This document shows positions 49,393 to 61,472 of a stretch of DNA of 64,000 bases, piece by piece. The notes under the pieces were generated by a model that ran no database searches, was not told the origin of the DNA, and was given only the letters and a program-made list of their open reading frames with translations. A program made the position numbers and the translations under genes. The DNA comes from Blepharisma stoltei ATCC 30299 (taxonomy: Eukaryota > Protista > Ciliophora): the NCBI GenBank assembly GCA_965603825.1, contig CBFDEM010000060.1:310001-374000 (forward strand), read 5' to 3'. Numbering within the stretch: position 1 is the stretch's first letter; each line of letters opens with the position of its first letter.

Positions 49393-52239
49393 ATGCTTAT
49401 AAGCACAGGGCAAGCCAAAGATTCTTGAAATGATGACCCAGAGCTAGAGCGAGCGATTCGAGAAAGCTACGAAACTGTGCCAGGTGACATGCCATGGCCA
49501 GATGACGACATCGAAATTTTCCAGGCAATTGCTGACTCTCTCAAAGAAAGCAAAACTCCTTACACCTCGTTTGAGCCTGAAAGCCCATTAGAGCGAAAGC
49601 GTGAAGATGGAATGCCAGTCGGTCTCAAAAACATTGGAAATACCTGTTATTTCAATTCCTTAATGCAAGCCTATTTTATGATCCCAAAGCTTGTTCAAGA
49701 AATTTTGTCATTCAAACCTCATCCATCTCATCTGAAGCAAAAACAAGTTGAAGGAGTTGAAATCATAAGAAAAAAGGCTAGTATTAAGCTAGTTGAAGCA
49801 ATCCAAAGACTATTTGCTTTCTTGATCAGAAGTAATCGAAAATATGCTGATCCTTCAAATGTATTAAACGCGCTTGTTGATGATTTTGGAAACCACATAG
49901 AAATAGGAGACCAAAAGGACGTCGGAGAGTTCAATATGATATTTGTTGCAAGAGTTGAAGAAGGGCTTAAGGCAAAATACCCAGCTGAAGAAACAAAAGA
50001 AACCGAAGCTGATGGGAAGAAAGTTGATGTTCCTGTATTTTTGAGAAAACAGACACTCAACCTGAGTAGCAAAGAACTAACAATTTCTAGCATAGTGTCG
50101 AATTTATTTTATGGAAATTTAGCTGAGTTTTTGTATGCAACCGAAGCAGATGGGACTCCAGTTGTGGCCAAGAAAAGTTCAGTTTTTGGGCAGATTTTGC
50201 TTGATGTGGAGGAAGGAGATCTTTTTAGTGCTTGGGATGCCTCATATCATGCCCAAATTGAAGGATATAAAACACCTTTAAACCACGTATGCGTTGCAGA
50301 GCAAGAAGCCTGGCTCGAAAAAGCTCCATCAATGCTCCTTTTTCAAATCCAAAGAGTAAAATACGATTCAGAGACTTTTGAGATCTATAAAGATAACCGT
50401 GTATTTAACTATCCAAAAACACTTTATCCCGATCGCTTCTTACTAGAAAACAAAGAGCTAGGCACAAACTTAAGGAAAAGATTTTTAGAAATCAAGAAGA
50501 AAATCAAAATTTTAGAAAATACCCTTCAAAAATTCAGAAACTATAAAGCTTTGTACTTAGATTTGCCAACAATGATGAATAACGCCGCCTCATTTTTTGA
50601 TGATCATGAAAATCCTCAGTCTCAAGAGTCAAAAATCCAAGGGATAACAACATACAGCCCAGATAGAATAGTTCCAATACCTGAGGGAAGCTTAGAAATG
50701 GAAAGAGCCAAAAATCTTGTCAAAAATCTCAGTGGTCTTATTAATGAGAAAATCGAAATCATGGAAACTGAGCTAGCAATGTGCAAGCAAGAATTGCAGG
50801 ATATTTTTGAAATTCCAAAGCTCACGAAAAATCCTTATAATTTGCATTCAATTATGATTCATAGTGGGCAAGCTAACAGTGGGCATTACTACTCATATGT
50901 GTTTGATGCTGAATACCAGAAATGAAGAAGATATAGTGATATTTATATATCTGACATGGCAGAAGCTGATGTATGCAGTGATGCACTAGGAGGCTATGGA
51001 CACAGCTCAGCTTATTGTTTGATGTATATAAGAGAATCTTTAATACCTAAAATACCAAAAGGCTTACAAAGGTCATATACATTGACGAGCTCAGTTGAGC
51101 AAGTAAGTGACCATTACAAAACCTTGCTATCACCTGAGCTAAGAGCTGAAGTTGACAAAGACAACCAGAAATTTGACCTTGAAATTGAAGAATTCAGAAT
51201 AAGTGAAATATTGAAAAATATTAATGAACTATACACAGTGTGCCTGAATCAAGCATGGACACAAAAATTTAGTTATTTCGGTACAACAAAAAAAGAAACA
51301 GTTAGAGGGGAGCTCTGCAACTTCGCCACTTACTTAAAGATAAAAGGGGATGAACTTTTGTGCAGATGGAACATTCTAAACCATTGTGTTAAATTTAATG
51401 ACCCTTATCAGAGGGGTCTAGAAGATTTCGCTCAAGGAGATCCTATTTTTGAAACCATGACAAAAAGGTTTAAAGAAATATGCAAAGAACCGCCAGATAG
51501 TTATATCCTAACAGCAAGGGAAAAGAACGAGTACGAGACTGAAGCAAATATCTTTTACAGCAATTATTACTATGCATGGATATCAGTGTATATCGTTGAA
51601 TCAATTCTTGACGAGAAATATATAGAAGCTCTTCATGCCTTTTCTTTTTATTTTAGCTTGGATACACAATATTGCTTTGAGTATCAAACTTGGCCAAGCG
51701 AACTTTTCAGAATGCTCATTTTCTACCTTCCTACAATAATAAACGAAAAGCTTTATAAAAAAGAAGTTTATGAAGCTGCAAAAATAATACCTCATTTGGC
51801 TTATTTTACAGTATCATATACTGTAATTGATGAAGTCCATCATGAACAAATAGCTCAAAGATTGATAGCGTCGCATGAATGGGTTAAAAATAATATCCCA
51901 AGCTATTATAATATCGACATCTATAAGGTGTTTACCGAAGCAATCCATGATTTTGAAACTGATACTCCACATACCGATGTCAACTGGAGCGATTACCCAG
52001 AGAGCTTAAAGAAACTGATTGAAAAAATCAATACTTTTGATAAATTCTCTTGGATTGAAGGCTGGGTTCCTGAAGAAATCGGCTCGAAATATATTTCTGC
52101 TAGAAAAGTGCTTACAATGTCAAGGCTTAATAAGTGGGTGGAGCTGAACTCAAGACTGCTGGACACTAATCAAATAATTCCTGAAGAAAAAATGAGAGAA
52201 ATTGAATATGAGCTTGGGATCTTTCCAAAAGAAAGCTAA
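49393..52239 (+). CDS. USP25/USP28-like ubiquitin-specific protease with N-terminal UIM-like motifs, 948 aa
   Basis: DDPELERAIRES and EIFQAIADSLKE; Cys box GLKNIGNTCYFNS; QKDVGEF; His box HSGQANSGHYYSY, then QK(W=TGA 50923)RRYSD and SAYCLMY; TAA stop. Confidence 0.92.
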
Positions 52240-52276
52240 TTAACTTATTTTCTGATATTTATTAGCTACCCATTAA

Positions 52277-54712
52277 TTAAAGCTCCATCGATTCTTCTGA
52301 TTCCTCATACTCTGAATTATGAGGAGAGCCTGGCGAGCATTTAAAGAAGCTTCCCTCAATTGGTTCGAGATTAGGCAGATAAATTTCTGTATTTCCGATT
52401 GTTTCTTCTTCTTTTGGGTCTTCTTTTATATCTTCTGATATATCAGGGTTAATTTGAGGTGACATGATAAATGCTGCTGAGTCTGGTTCTGCCTTTTCTT
52501 CATGCATGCTATAAGTTCTTTCAAGCGTTTTTCCTGATTTTATTTTGGTTTCGTGCTGCTGCTGGCCAGTTTGGTAAGTAGATAGTCGATCAAGCAGCGA
52601 CATTCTGAACTTTTTCTTCCTTGCAGGCTTTGAATCATAAGGAGGGGATGCATCTTCTTCATATTTATCGCTGTCTTCACTGTCCATATAAATCATTGTG
52701 AATTTAGGATCTGATTTTCTTTCATGTCTCACATCTGGTTGCATTTCCAATGCTGAGTTGGTCGGGCTAACAAAAGAATTGGATGAGTGAGATTGACCTT
52801 GGCTATATTTCTCAATAAAGCCTTCAATTTTTGGGTATATGTGAGGATCATCTGGAAATATCTTTACGATAGGCTGAGAGATGCCATGCACATTGATGGC
52901 TTTATAGCTTCTATTAGCTAGCTTAATCTTTGGAACACGATGATAGTTAGGCTCAAAGTCATCTTCAGGAGTTATTTTTTTAGTTTCTGGTGCCCCTCTT
53001 TTTTCAAGCCACTTCTTCTTGGTTTCCTCTTTATCCAAATTCAGTAAAATTTTCTTGCATTTTATAGCAACATGTCCCAGTTCTTTACAGATATAGCATT
53101 TTATAAGCAGAGTTGAAAAATCACTATCCTCGCATTTTTTAGATAAAAGCTCAGTTTTCTCTTTAGCCTCGGGGAACTTTCCTAGAAGCTGGTTCATATT
53201 GACTCTAGACAAACTCAGCAAATCTGCAAAATCAAGACACTTTGCAGACGCACATCTCGGCTTTTCTGTGAAAAAAGCAATTTCCCCAAAATACTCATCA
53301 GGCCCTAGTTCTTTATAAGTGGATTTGGTAGAATGATGAAAAATATCAATTTTTCCATTCTGAATAAAATACATTTTCGTGCTCATTTCGCCTTCTTCAA
53401 TCACTGTATCTCCTGGTGCATAAGTTTCACCCTCTAGCGCTCTTGTCAATTGAGAAATGAAATGAGCCTCATATTGTTCAAATATTGGACATAATTTTAT
53501 TACAATTCCATGAATGTGAGCATAAATTTCATCTCTTAGCGGTTCTGATAACAACGTCAAAATCTGCTTTTCATCGAGATTACTTTTCTTTTTGTTTTCC
53601 CAGACATACTCAAGATATCTTCTGACTCTGAACTGCAGATCGTGAGGCAAATCTTTTTTTCTCATATATCGGTTGACAGCAACGACTTGTTCTCTGTATG
53701 CGTTCTCAACAGCATTTTGCTTGCTTACAAGTGAGCCGATGCTTCCTACGGTATATGCAAAAACTCCACATGCAACAATCATAGCAAACATTGCGTAAAT
53801 TTTTTCTGGGATTGTTTTGGGAACGATGTCACCATATCCTACGGTCGTCATTGTGGTGAAGGCTCAATATAGAGAGGTAATGTATTGATCAAAAGGACTG
53901 GAGTTTTCAATTTTGGCGACTGTCACTCATGTTGTAGGATAGTAGGTCATGTCAAGATCCCCTAAGAAAAACCATCAGCAAGCAGTTCAGTGGGCAATAA
54001 AGAATACAACAGAAAGCAGGCGTAAAAATAAAAAAATAGTTGCAATTACATTACTTGCTACATAATCTTCGATTTTTATTAAAATTCTTTTAATTTTTGC
54101 GACTCTTAGCAGCTTGAGAATTCTCAAAAACCTGAAAACTTTGACAAGTCTTAGAACTTGGCCTGAATTATAGACATTGGTTTTATTCTGGTCTTGCGAG
54201 TCCCCATTTTCAAATGGTCCAGTTATAAATCAAGTCAGCGGAACACTTGCAACTAAATCCAGGATGAACCAAGATTTGAAATAATTTATAAAGATTTTTT
54301 TGCGGTTCATTTGCAGAGATCCTTTAGAATAGTATCCAGTATTGAAACAGATAAAAATGTCAAAAATGAAACATAAATTAATGCAAAATTCCAAGTAGGC
54401 CCATCATCCTGATATTGCTACATTAAAGCAAAGCCTATATGGAACTGAAACTGCATAGTAAACTATGAAAAGCATAGTTAGTATGTCTCAGAACAGTTTT
54501 CACGAAGATTCAGGAGTAAAAGGTCCGCAAAATCGGATACTTGGTTTCCCATCCTTAGCTACAGGCGCATTCGGTAAAAATGCTTCTTTTTTAATAGTTT
54601 TTAAATGGTGAAGGGATTTATTTTCTTCCGCTTTTGGGTCTCCTACAGGACCTTGAGATAATCCTAATTGGATATTTGTTCAGCTTTGCACTTTAAGGCC
54701 AGAAGTTTCCAT
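52277..54712 (-). CDS. 6-TM K+ channel with cyclic-nucleotide-binding domain and CCHC zinc knuckle, 811 aa
   Basis: ATG at 54712 in frame with the track ORF. FTPESS(W)KLF(W)D, S4 LVKVFRFLRILKLLRVAK, YITSLY(W=TGA 53864)AFTTMTTVGYGD, CNBD YFGEIAFFTEKPRCASA, CYICKELGHVAIKC. Confidence 0.94.
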
Positions 54713-54954
54713 GATGATAAAATTTTTTTAAATTTTGTGTAAATAAAAAATTTTACTTTTAATATGTGGGTTTTATTTTCCATAAAGTAAAAAATATTAT
54801 TATTCATTGCTTTCCTCAATTTGAAGATCCAAAGACGAAATTATGAAAACAGATTACTGAATGGAACTGCAATTATTATGTATTGAAGAAAATTTAAGAA
54901 TAGACATAAACAAAAAGTACCAATGAGTATGTAGATAAGGGTCTTTAAAAAATA

Positions 54955-55161
54955 TTAAGACTGCTTCTTTTCTTCTTCTGGATCGTAGTTTGGATCGCCT
55001 CTGTCAGCTACTTCTATAGCTTCGCTTTCATTATAAGTTCCCCAGCCACCATGTCCACCTTTCTTAGGGTTTGGGTCAACTCCCTGAGCAGAATGTCGAT
55101 CAAGCCTTGCATCCTTATCCTTTTTGCCTTCCACTGATCTCTTATGATCTTCTCTATCCAT
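54955..55161 (-). CDS. 68-aa microprotein matching the PDCD4 N-terminal ribosome-binding motif (SERBP1/Stm1-like), without MA3 domains
   Basis: RLDRHS...PKKGGHGGWGT...DPNYD; ATG after an AT-rich leader; TAA followed by an AT-rich spacer. Confidence 0.85.
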   Translation of the reverse strand: MDREDHKRSVEGKKDKDARLDRHSAQGVDPNPKKGGHGGWGTYNESEAIEVADRGDPNYDPEEEKKQS

Positions 55162-55274
55162 ATTTTATTATCGATTATATGTGAGTGCAAATACTTGAGG
55201 TTATTTTTGAAACAAAATTGCATCCTGAAGCTCAAAAAGAACTTAAGCCTAATGTTATAGTAAAAATCTAATAT

Positions 55275-56900
55275 TTACATCTCTTTTAATTTACTTAATC
55301 CAACTTTTAGCGTTGAAATGGTGTCTTTAATGAACTCTCCTTCTTTTTCTTTGGAAATATAATTAATATGATCAAAACTTTTATTCCTAGAGTAATTTAG
55401 GCTTGTTTCAGTACTGAAATTAGTAAGCGGTTTTCTTCCATAAACTGCAATTGCCCTTTTATATGATTCGGTTGAAAATAATGGTAATTTTATTTCAAAA
55501 GTTTTAGCTATAGGCCGGGTTTCAGCCTTATTCGCAATGATAGAACTTGCATTCAATTGATTTGTCTTTGGCTTTAACGTTGGGAATGAAATATGAGCTA
55601 TAGTTTTATTAATCTCAGTTATAGTATCCAAACTAAAGTCACGTCTTAACCTTAAATTACTATTTTTGTTTAAGACTTGCACCTTCTCTGTATTCAAGTG
55701 GAATTTTGATTCAGTTTTATGAGGTTTTGGCTTGAGAGGAGACAGCTTTTTCGGTTCTGCATAGAAATTTGTGTACTGTAAATAACAATCTTCGCAGACT
55801 TTTACTTCTTGAAAGAGTCATAAAGGGTCTTTTTTTAATTCCTCATATTTTGCATTTGTTAATGCAGGATTCAGCCTTCTCAGGACAATTGGCACTAGAT
55901 CGCATGCATCTTCAGAGCCATCGTTATTCACTAAACTGTGCTCTGCAATATTTTTGCTTTGTGGGTCTTTTCCAGCATCAGAATACTTAAGCACTAATTT
56001 TAGCAAGATTTTGTACATATATTCACGTCTGACTAAATGGTCGCATCCTATACACAACTCCCTATTTTTTCTAAGTTCGCTAAATTTGCATGTGCTCTTT
56101 ATTTTCTTCTCATTTGCTATATTTGAGATTGTTAATATAAGTTCATGAGAAACTTTACAATTGTCCTTTTTTTGCTTAGTTAGATCCAGCACTTTTAAAG
56201 AGCTGCAAAATTGGAATCATATTAAATCATCACAGTCTTGCTTAAAAAACAAAGTCATTCTTGTGACTGTCACATTTCCTCCTGTTACTGCTTTTATGTG
56301 ATCAACAATCCCAAGGCAGGTTTTTTGGATTTCTTCGACAAGCCAAGGAGAAGATAGAGAATCAATTTTGCTATTGTGCTCTAGGCCTTCATAAGTAACT
56401 AATTTATCATAAAAATCAATTTTTGGGTCATCAATGCTGTGCAGATTTGTCCTTTTTTCGAGTAAGCAAAATTGAGAGCTCCAAATTACCTTTATTAACG
56501 AGTTTTGCCCATTTTTGGGATCGACTCACTTTTGCAATATCCCGCTCAGTGGCTTATCACAGTTGTGAATGAATTCATCAAAAGACTCCGGATTGAAAAA
56601 GTCTACAGTTGCTATATTAGCTTTGTCTTTTTTATTATCACTGAATCCAAGAAAGGTAGCGATAATTTTGCTTTTCTCATCCATAAATTCTTGGAAAATA
56701 AATTTATGATTCACTCTTGTTTTAGATTTCCTTAGTAATTCTCCTGACTCTGTGGAAAAATATCAAAAGAAAGGCTTAGCATATCGATAAATAACGGTTT
56801 CTGGAAGCAATACATTAGGACAGCACAAACCTGTGCTTTCGTTTTGCTTTCATAAATGAAAAAGTAGCCATTCTGTAAATCCAGCTGCTCCTAATTTCAT
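55275..56900 (-). CDS. Uncharacterised 541-aa protein with a possible ATP-grasp-like N-terminal half and two CxxC pairs
   Basis: ATG at 56900; three track ORFs in one frame joined by TGA. LPETVIY, GILQK(W)VDP, RMTLFFKQD..LI(W)FQFC; CIGC and CEDC; TAA stop. Confidence 0.82.
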
Positions 56901-57226
56901 ATAAGTTGCCTATAATTTAAAATAAAATATATAAGCTGAGCGAGGCACCTTTAATCTCCAGAAATTAAGTCTCAAGCGACTAGCAGCATATACACATAAC
57001 AGTACACCAAAGATTATTTTGATTTTATAAAGTCGTAGATGAACTAAAGTCTGTTTAATTTTTCAATCGAATGATTACAATAGATTTATAGGAAAACAAA
57101 TAAACGTATGTTGATTAAACAAAAATTTCATTTTGCAAGCTAAAATTTAATCTTTAGTCAAAAGATTAATAAGGATATCAAGAATTGGTAAGACATGAAT
57201 TATTTTATTCTTTATAATTGTGAAGA

Positions 57227-57835
57227 TTAGCAGCACCCTTTCTTTTTTTTTGATTGAGGCTTAATCATTAGTGGATCATTGTTCTTAATTGAGCTTGCTA
57301 AACTAACTTTGTCTTCTACAATTTTTTCGGCTATCGTTTGAAACGACCTGGCTACATCAATATCATCTTTCGCTGATGTTTCTAAATAAGCCATGCTATG
57401 TTTCTTGGCAAAATCCCTAGCTTCTTTTTGTGAAACCACTCTTTGGTCCACCAAATCAATTTTATTTCCCACAAGAATTTTCTTTGCTGAGGGTTCGCAG
57501 TGATCTGTAAATTCTTTGATCCACATTTCCAGCTCTTTAAATGTTTCTCTGTTTGTTACATCAAAAACAATTATTGCCCCACCAGCTTGTCTAATATAAA
57601 GATAGTTTATTGATCTATATCTCTCTTGACCTGCTGTGTCCCATACATTTAGAGATACATTTTTGTCATTTGCTTGTATAACTTTTGTGATGTCAGACAA
57701 GCCTTTGGTGGAAGTTCTATTTAAAATAAACGATCCATCATGAAATCGTCACATAAGACTGCTTTTACCGACTGTTGAAGATCCGAGAATAACTATCTTT
57801 ATTTTGTGAGCAATAGAGTCTTGACTTGCCTGCAT
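57227..57835 (-). CDS. Rab-family small GTPase (divergent), 202 aa
   Basis: ATG at 57835; KIVILGSSTVGKS, WDTAGQERY, NKID, ETSAK, C-terminal CC prenylation motif; one TGA=Trp. Confidence 0.93.
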
Positions 57836-58181
57836 CTTTAAATTATTAGACATCTAATACAGTCTATTTAAATTAATTTGAAAATTGTGATATTAGAGTC
57901 TATTTAATCTTTCAAATCAGCGAATTGAGCATACTTATAGTAAAGGCGTTATAATCTGCTTCTCTAATATAATTAACTCCTGTTATATTTTATGATTTAA
58001 TTGACTGGGAATTTTATAGTAAATATAAGAGAAAGAATTATTATATCAATTCTCAATTTACACAAGAAAATTAGCAGCACAAAATACTTATAGCAAAAAA
58101 ACCTGGCAACATATTTAAACATCAATGATTTTGGCCTCATGATATCATGATTTATTTAAAATATCTCAACACTTTTAAGAT

Positions 58182-59117
58182 TTATAAAAATTTCTGAGTG
58201 CAAATCGGGCAATTCCTTTCGAAGGTTTTTATCATCCACATTTTTAAGCACTCAATGTGGATAATATGCCCACATTTTAGTTTTGTTGATTCTTCCTCTA
58301 CAAACAAACTCCAACATATGCAGCATTTATCATCCTTGTTCTCATTTAAATCATCCTCTATTATTGCCTTGTATTCATAATCAAAAGCTGATACAGATAT
58401 CTTGTACTTGATAAGCTTTGTTAATTTGATCAAAAAACACATTAGAAAATAACAACCATAAACATGACATACTGGGCAGAATCAGTGATATCCAACAACA
58501 GGCACAAAAATAATAAATTCAAGACTCTTCATAAAATCCTTAAAAGTCTCCAATAGCAAAATTTTGAAATTTGAAATAATTCCAAATTTGATTTGATAAA
58601 GCGTGGTTAAGTTCATCTGAAAAATTAGAAAGGACTCGATAAAAATTATATTTGATACTTCAGATCCTTCAGAAAGCAGATATTTTATACCCCAAATTAT
58701 ATAGATACTGACAACGCTGAAAATGAAAACAAAAAGTCCTAAATTTTTTAATAAATTGCAAATAAAAAGGGCCTTGCAAAATTCTGATATTACATTCATA
58801 TAATATAAATACATAGATATAGAATATCATATAAGTATTGATGTATAGGAGAAAGGTTCTTTAAATGATAAGGTAACTAATATAAGTATTTTTTCTGTTC
58901 ACATAAGATTGCGCTCTTCTTCATACAAAGGTTTCATCAAAAATCTTTTTAGACAATAAAAAACAGTGTTTTTCATTGCAATATATAGAAAGTATTCTGA
59001 GATTAGCAAAGGAATTATAAAAACATTTCCAAAATAACTAACCAAAGAGAGTTCTAGAGGGTAAATAGAAAACCAACACAGTGCAAAAATGGGCTGGACG
59101 AGGTTAGATGATGTCAT
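58182..59117 (-). CDS. Multi-pass membrane RING-H2 E3 ligase (HRD1/TRC8-like architecture), 311 aa
   Basis: Three same-frame ORFs joined by TGA; hydrophobic N-terminal segments; CCICW...LKCGHIIHIECLKMW...CPIC. Confidence 0.82.
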
Positions 59118-59180
59118 TAGTTATTTTATCTAGAACATTTTTCACTGTATATCAAATTAGCATTAAATTTTATAAAATAA
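59118..59180. promoter_or_regulatory. Putative minimal bidirectional promoter/5'UTR region (63 bp)
   Basis: Only 63 AT-rich bp separate the divergent ATGs of the RING ligase (59117) and the transporter (59181). Function is inferred from position only. Confidence 0.5.
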
Positions 59181-60203
59181 ATGGGGAATTCGAGACTTGG
59201 TTTTGCACTATTAATGCTAGTCGTTATTTTGTGAGTAGCAAGCAGTAATGCAATACAAATGATTTTCAAAAATATCAGCTTTAATAAGCCTTTTTTCTTG
59301 ACTTATTTTTCAACCACGATGTTTTCTATCTATCTGATCACTCTTTTGTGGAAGAAGAACCTTTTAATTGAAAGCAGCCAAGAGAACTTCTATTTAATTG
59401 CTAAAACTGCTTTGAAATTTTGCCCTCTCTGATTCTTTGCGAATTATTTCTTCAATCTTTCATTAGGGTTAACAAGAGTAGCATCAAATACAGTAATTAG
59501 TTCTTCTTCAAGCATGTTTACATTGATTTTCTCAATAATTATTTTGAAAGAAAAACCAGTTTTGCTGAAATTTGTATCAGTGATAATAGTGATAATGGGA
59601 GTTAGTTGTGTGGCTTTGTCTGATACTGAAGGAATTGACAGTTTTGTAGGTGATGCTTTCGCTCTCCTTGGGGCCATTGTATATGCGACTTATAGTGTGT
59701 TTTTAAAATCGCAAGCAGTTTCTTTAGATATGACTGTATTTTTTGGATGCGTAGGAGCAATTAATGCAATAGTTTTGCTGCCTGGATTATTATTTGTTAA
59801 TTTTAGTGGAATTGAAGAATTTGAATTTCCAAATTCAATGATTATTGGGTTCTTAGCTTTAAATGCCCTTTTCGGAACTGTACTATCAGATTTATTATGA
59901 GCCTTAAGTGTTAAGCATCTTAATCCTGCGCTATGCACAGTTGGGTTATCTTTAACTATTCCTTTATCAATGACTGTTGATAAGATTTGGCATGGATATT
60001 CTTACTCCTATCTTTATTTAATTGGCGCTTTGATGATTGTCTGTGGGTTTATTATTATGTCTTTATTCGAGTATCCTAAAGTTGCAGAGAAGTTCAATTC
60101 ATTTAATATTGATTCAATTTTTCAAGCAAAGAGAAAAGGGGAAAGAAAAAATCTTTTAAGTGTAAGTGAGATGTCTAAAATTGTGTCTTATTGGATGTCA
60201 TAA
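59181..60203 (+). CDS. EamA/DMT transporter, SLC35F5/Thi74-like, 340 aa
   Basis: LLMLVVIL(W)VASS, FNKPFFLTY, FCPL(W)FFANY, SNTVISSSSSMFTL, GDAFALLGA, SDLL(W)A, GLSLTIPL; TAA stop. Confidence 0.92.
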
Positions 60204-60440
60204 GTAATTAGTTAAGTAAGCAAATAAGCGAATAATATATTTCTTGAGGATTTTTAAACCTCAAAAACGACCATATTTATGCCTAAATATTAAAGAAATG
60301 GTAATCAAATAACATTGAATTTACCTTTAATATGATTTTAGCCTGAGTGTTAAATTTTTATTCCTTGCTGCACAAAATTAATTTATAAAAATGAAATATA
60401 TCTTAAGTTTTTTATAAGTTTAATATGATAAAACATAAAA

Positions 60441-61472
60441 ATGGTCGAAGAACCTATTCTTGATGCTAATCGTCCTATTTTAAGAGAATTATTTGACAAA
60501 TTGAAGCAAAAAAATCCGCAACTTCCATTCAATGAATTATTCAAACTATTTGAAAAGACTCATATTTATCCGGACTTACTTGATATTTATGATTTAAAAA
60601 GTATAATTTTAAGCATTGCGAAATCTAATGGAAATTATGATAAAAAGCCAAGCTTTTCATATATGGGGTTTGAGGTATTGTTAAATGAAGTTGCAAATAA
60701 ATGCTTTGAAAAGGAAGAGATAGATCAAAGATTTAAACTTTTGCTTACACATATAAAGGTTTCATTAAGACTTTTGTATGGAGTTCATGTGATTTTAAAT
60801 TTATCGCAAGATCTCTCGGATATGATTAATTCGGAACCAAATTCTCTGCTGGCAAGATCGAATGATAAGCAATTTAAGCAAGGAAAGCTAATTAAAGGCT
60901 CTGGCTCACCAACTCATGCACTACAAAAATATAATAATAATTCTTTGAGGAGTTTTGGAAAAACTACACCAGTAGTTAATAATGCAAGCAATTTAGCAGC
61001 AAAATTACAAAAAAGTTCAACAGTCAGTTTACTCCTCAGGAAAAATAAGCTAGATCCTAGACCAATTCAAAAGTCCCCAGATGAAGTAGAATCAGAATCT
61101 CAAAGATCCCCTGATGAATCAGGAACTCCTGGAAGATTTGCTCAGAGGAAATCTCTAACTCAAGTTCCAGTAACAACTCCTGAAAATCCTTTTCCCCAAG
61201 CTCCTCCTCATGAGCTTTTAACGGAACCTGATGATAGTGACTTTCAAGCCTCTTTAGCCGACAAGTATGATAAACTCATAGAATTATTTAACGAATTCAA
61301 AAAAAATTGCGAACAAACCAAAAAGCCAAGATTTATTGGAATTAGTCCTCGAATTCTAAGCTTTATTATCCACTTACGAGAGCAAAAAGTAGGATCTGTA
61401 ATCTTTATTTAGAAGTATTTGTTAAAAATGAATTTTGATTTATGGAGACTTAAAGCAATCCGTAAATATTAA
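60441..61472 (+). CDS. Uncharacterised protein, 338 aa, with EF-hand-like helical N-terminus and one 3' intron
   Basis: The long ORF's apparent TAG stop is the 3' splice site of intron 61398-61412. Spliced end: KYLLKMNFDLWRLKAIRKY, TAA at 61470-61472. Confidence 0.8.
61398..61412 (+). other. 15-nt intron (GTAATCTTTATTTAG)
   Basis: Matches the window's intron pattern (GTAA, A at position 10, TAG); the frame stays open for 19 more codons. Confidence 0.78.

Noticed and set aside
54943-54961. Possible GT..AG intron skipping the mini-PDCD4 stop codon
   Set aside because: It would be 19 nt and start GTC, unlike the 15-16 nt GTA introns here, and no MA3-like sequence follows.
11027-60203. Interpreting TGA-split genes as pseudogenes, selenoproteins or organellar/mycoplasma DNA
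   Set aside because: The TGAs map to conserved Trp rather than Cys, frames are otherwise intact, and the genes are eukaryotic nuclear families with spliceosomal introns.
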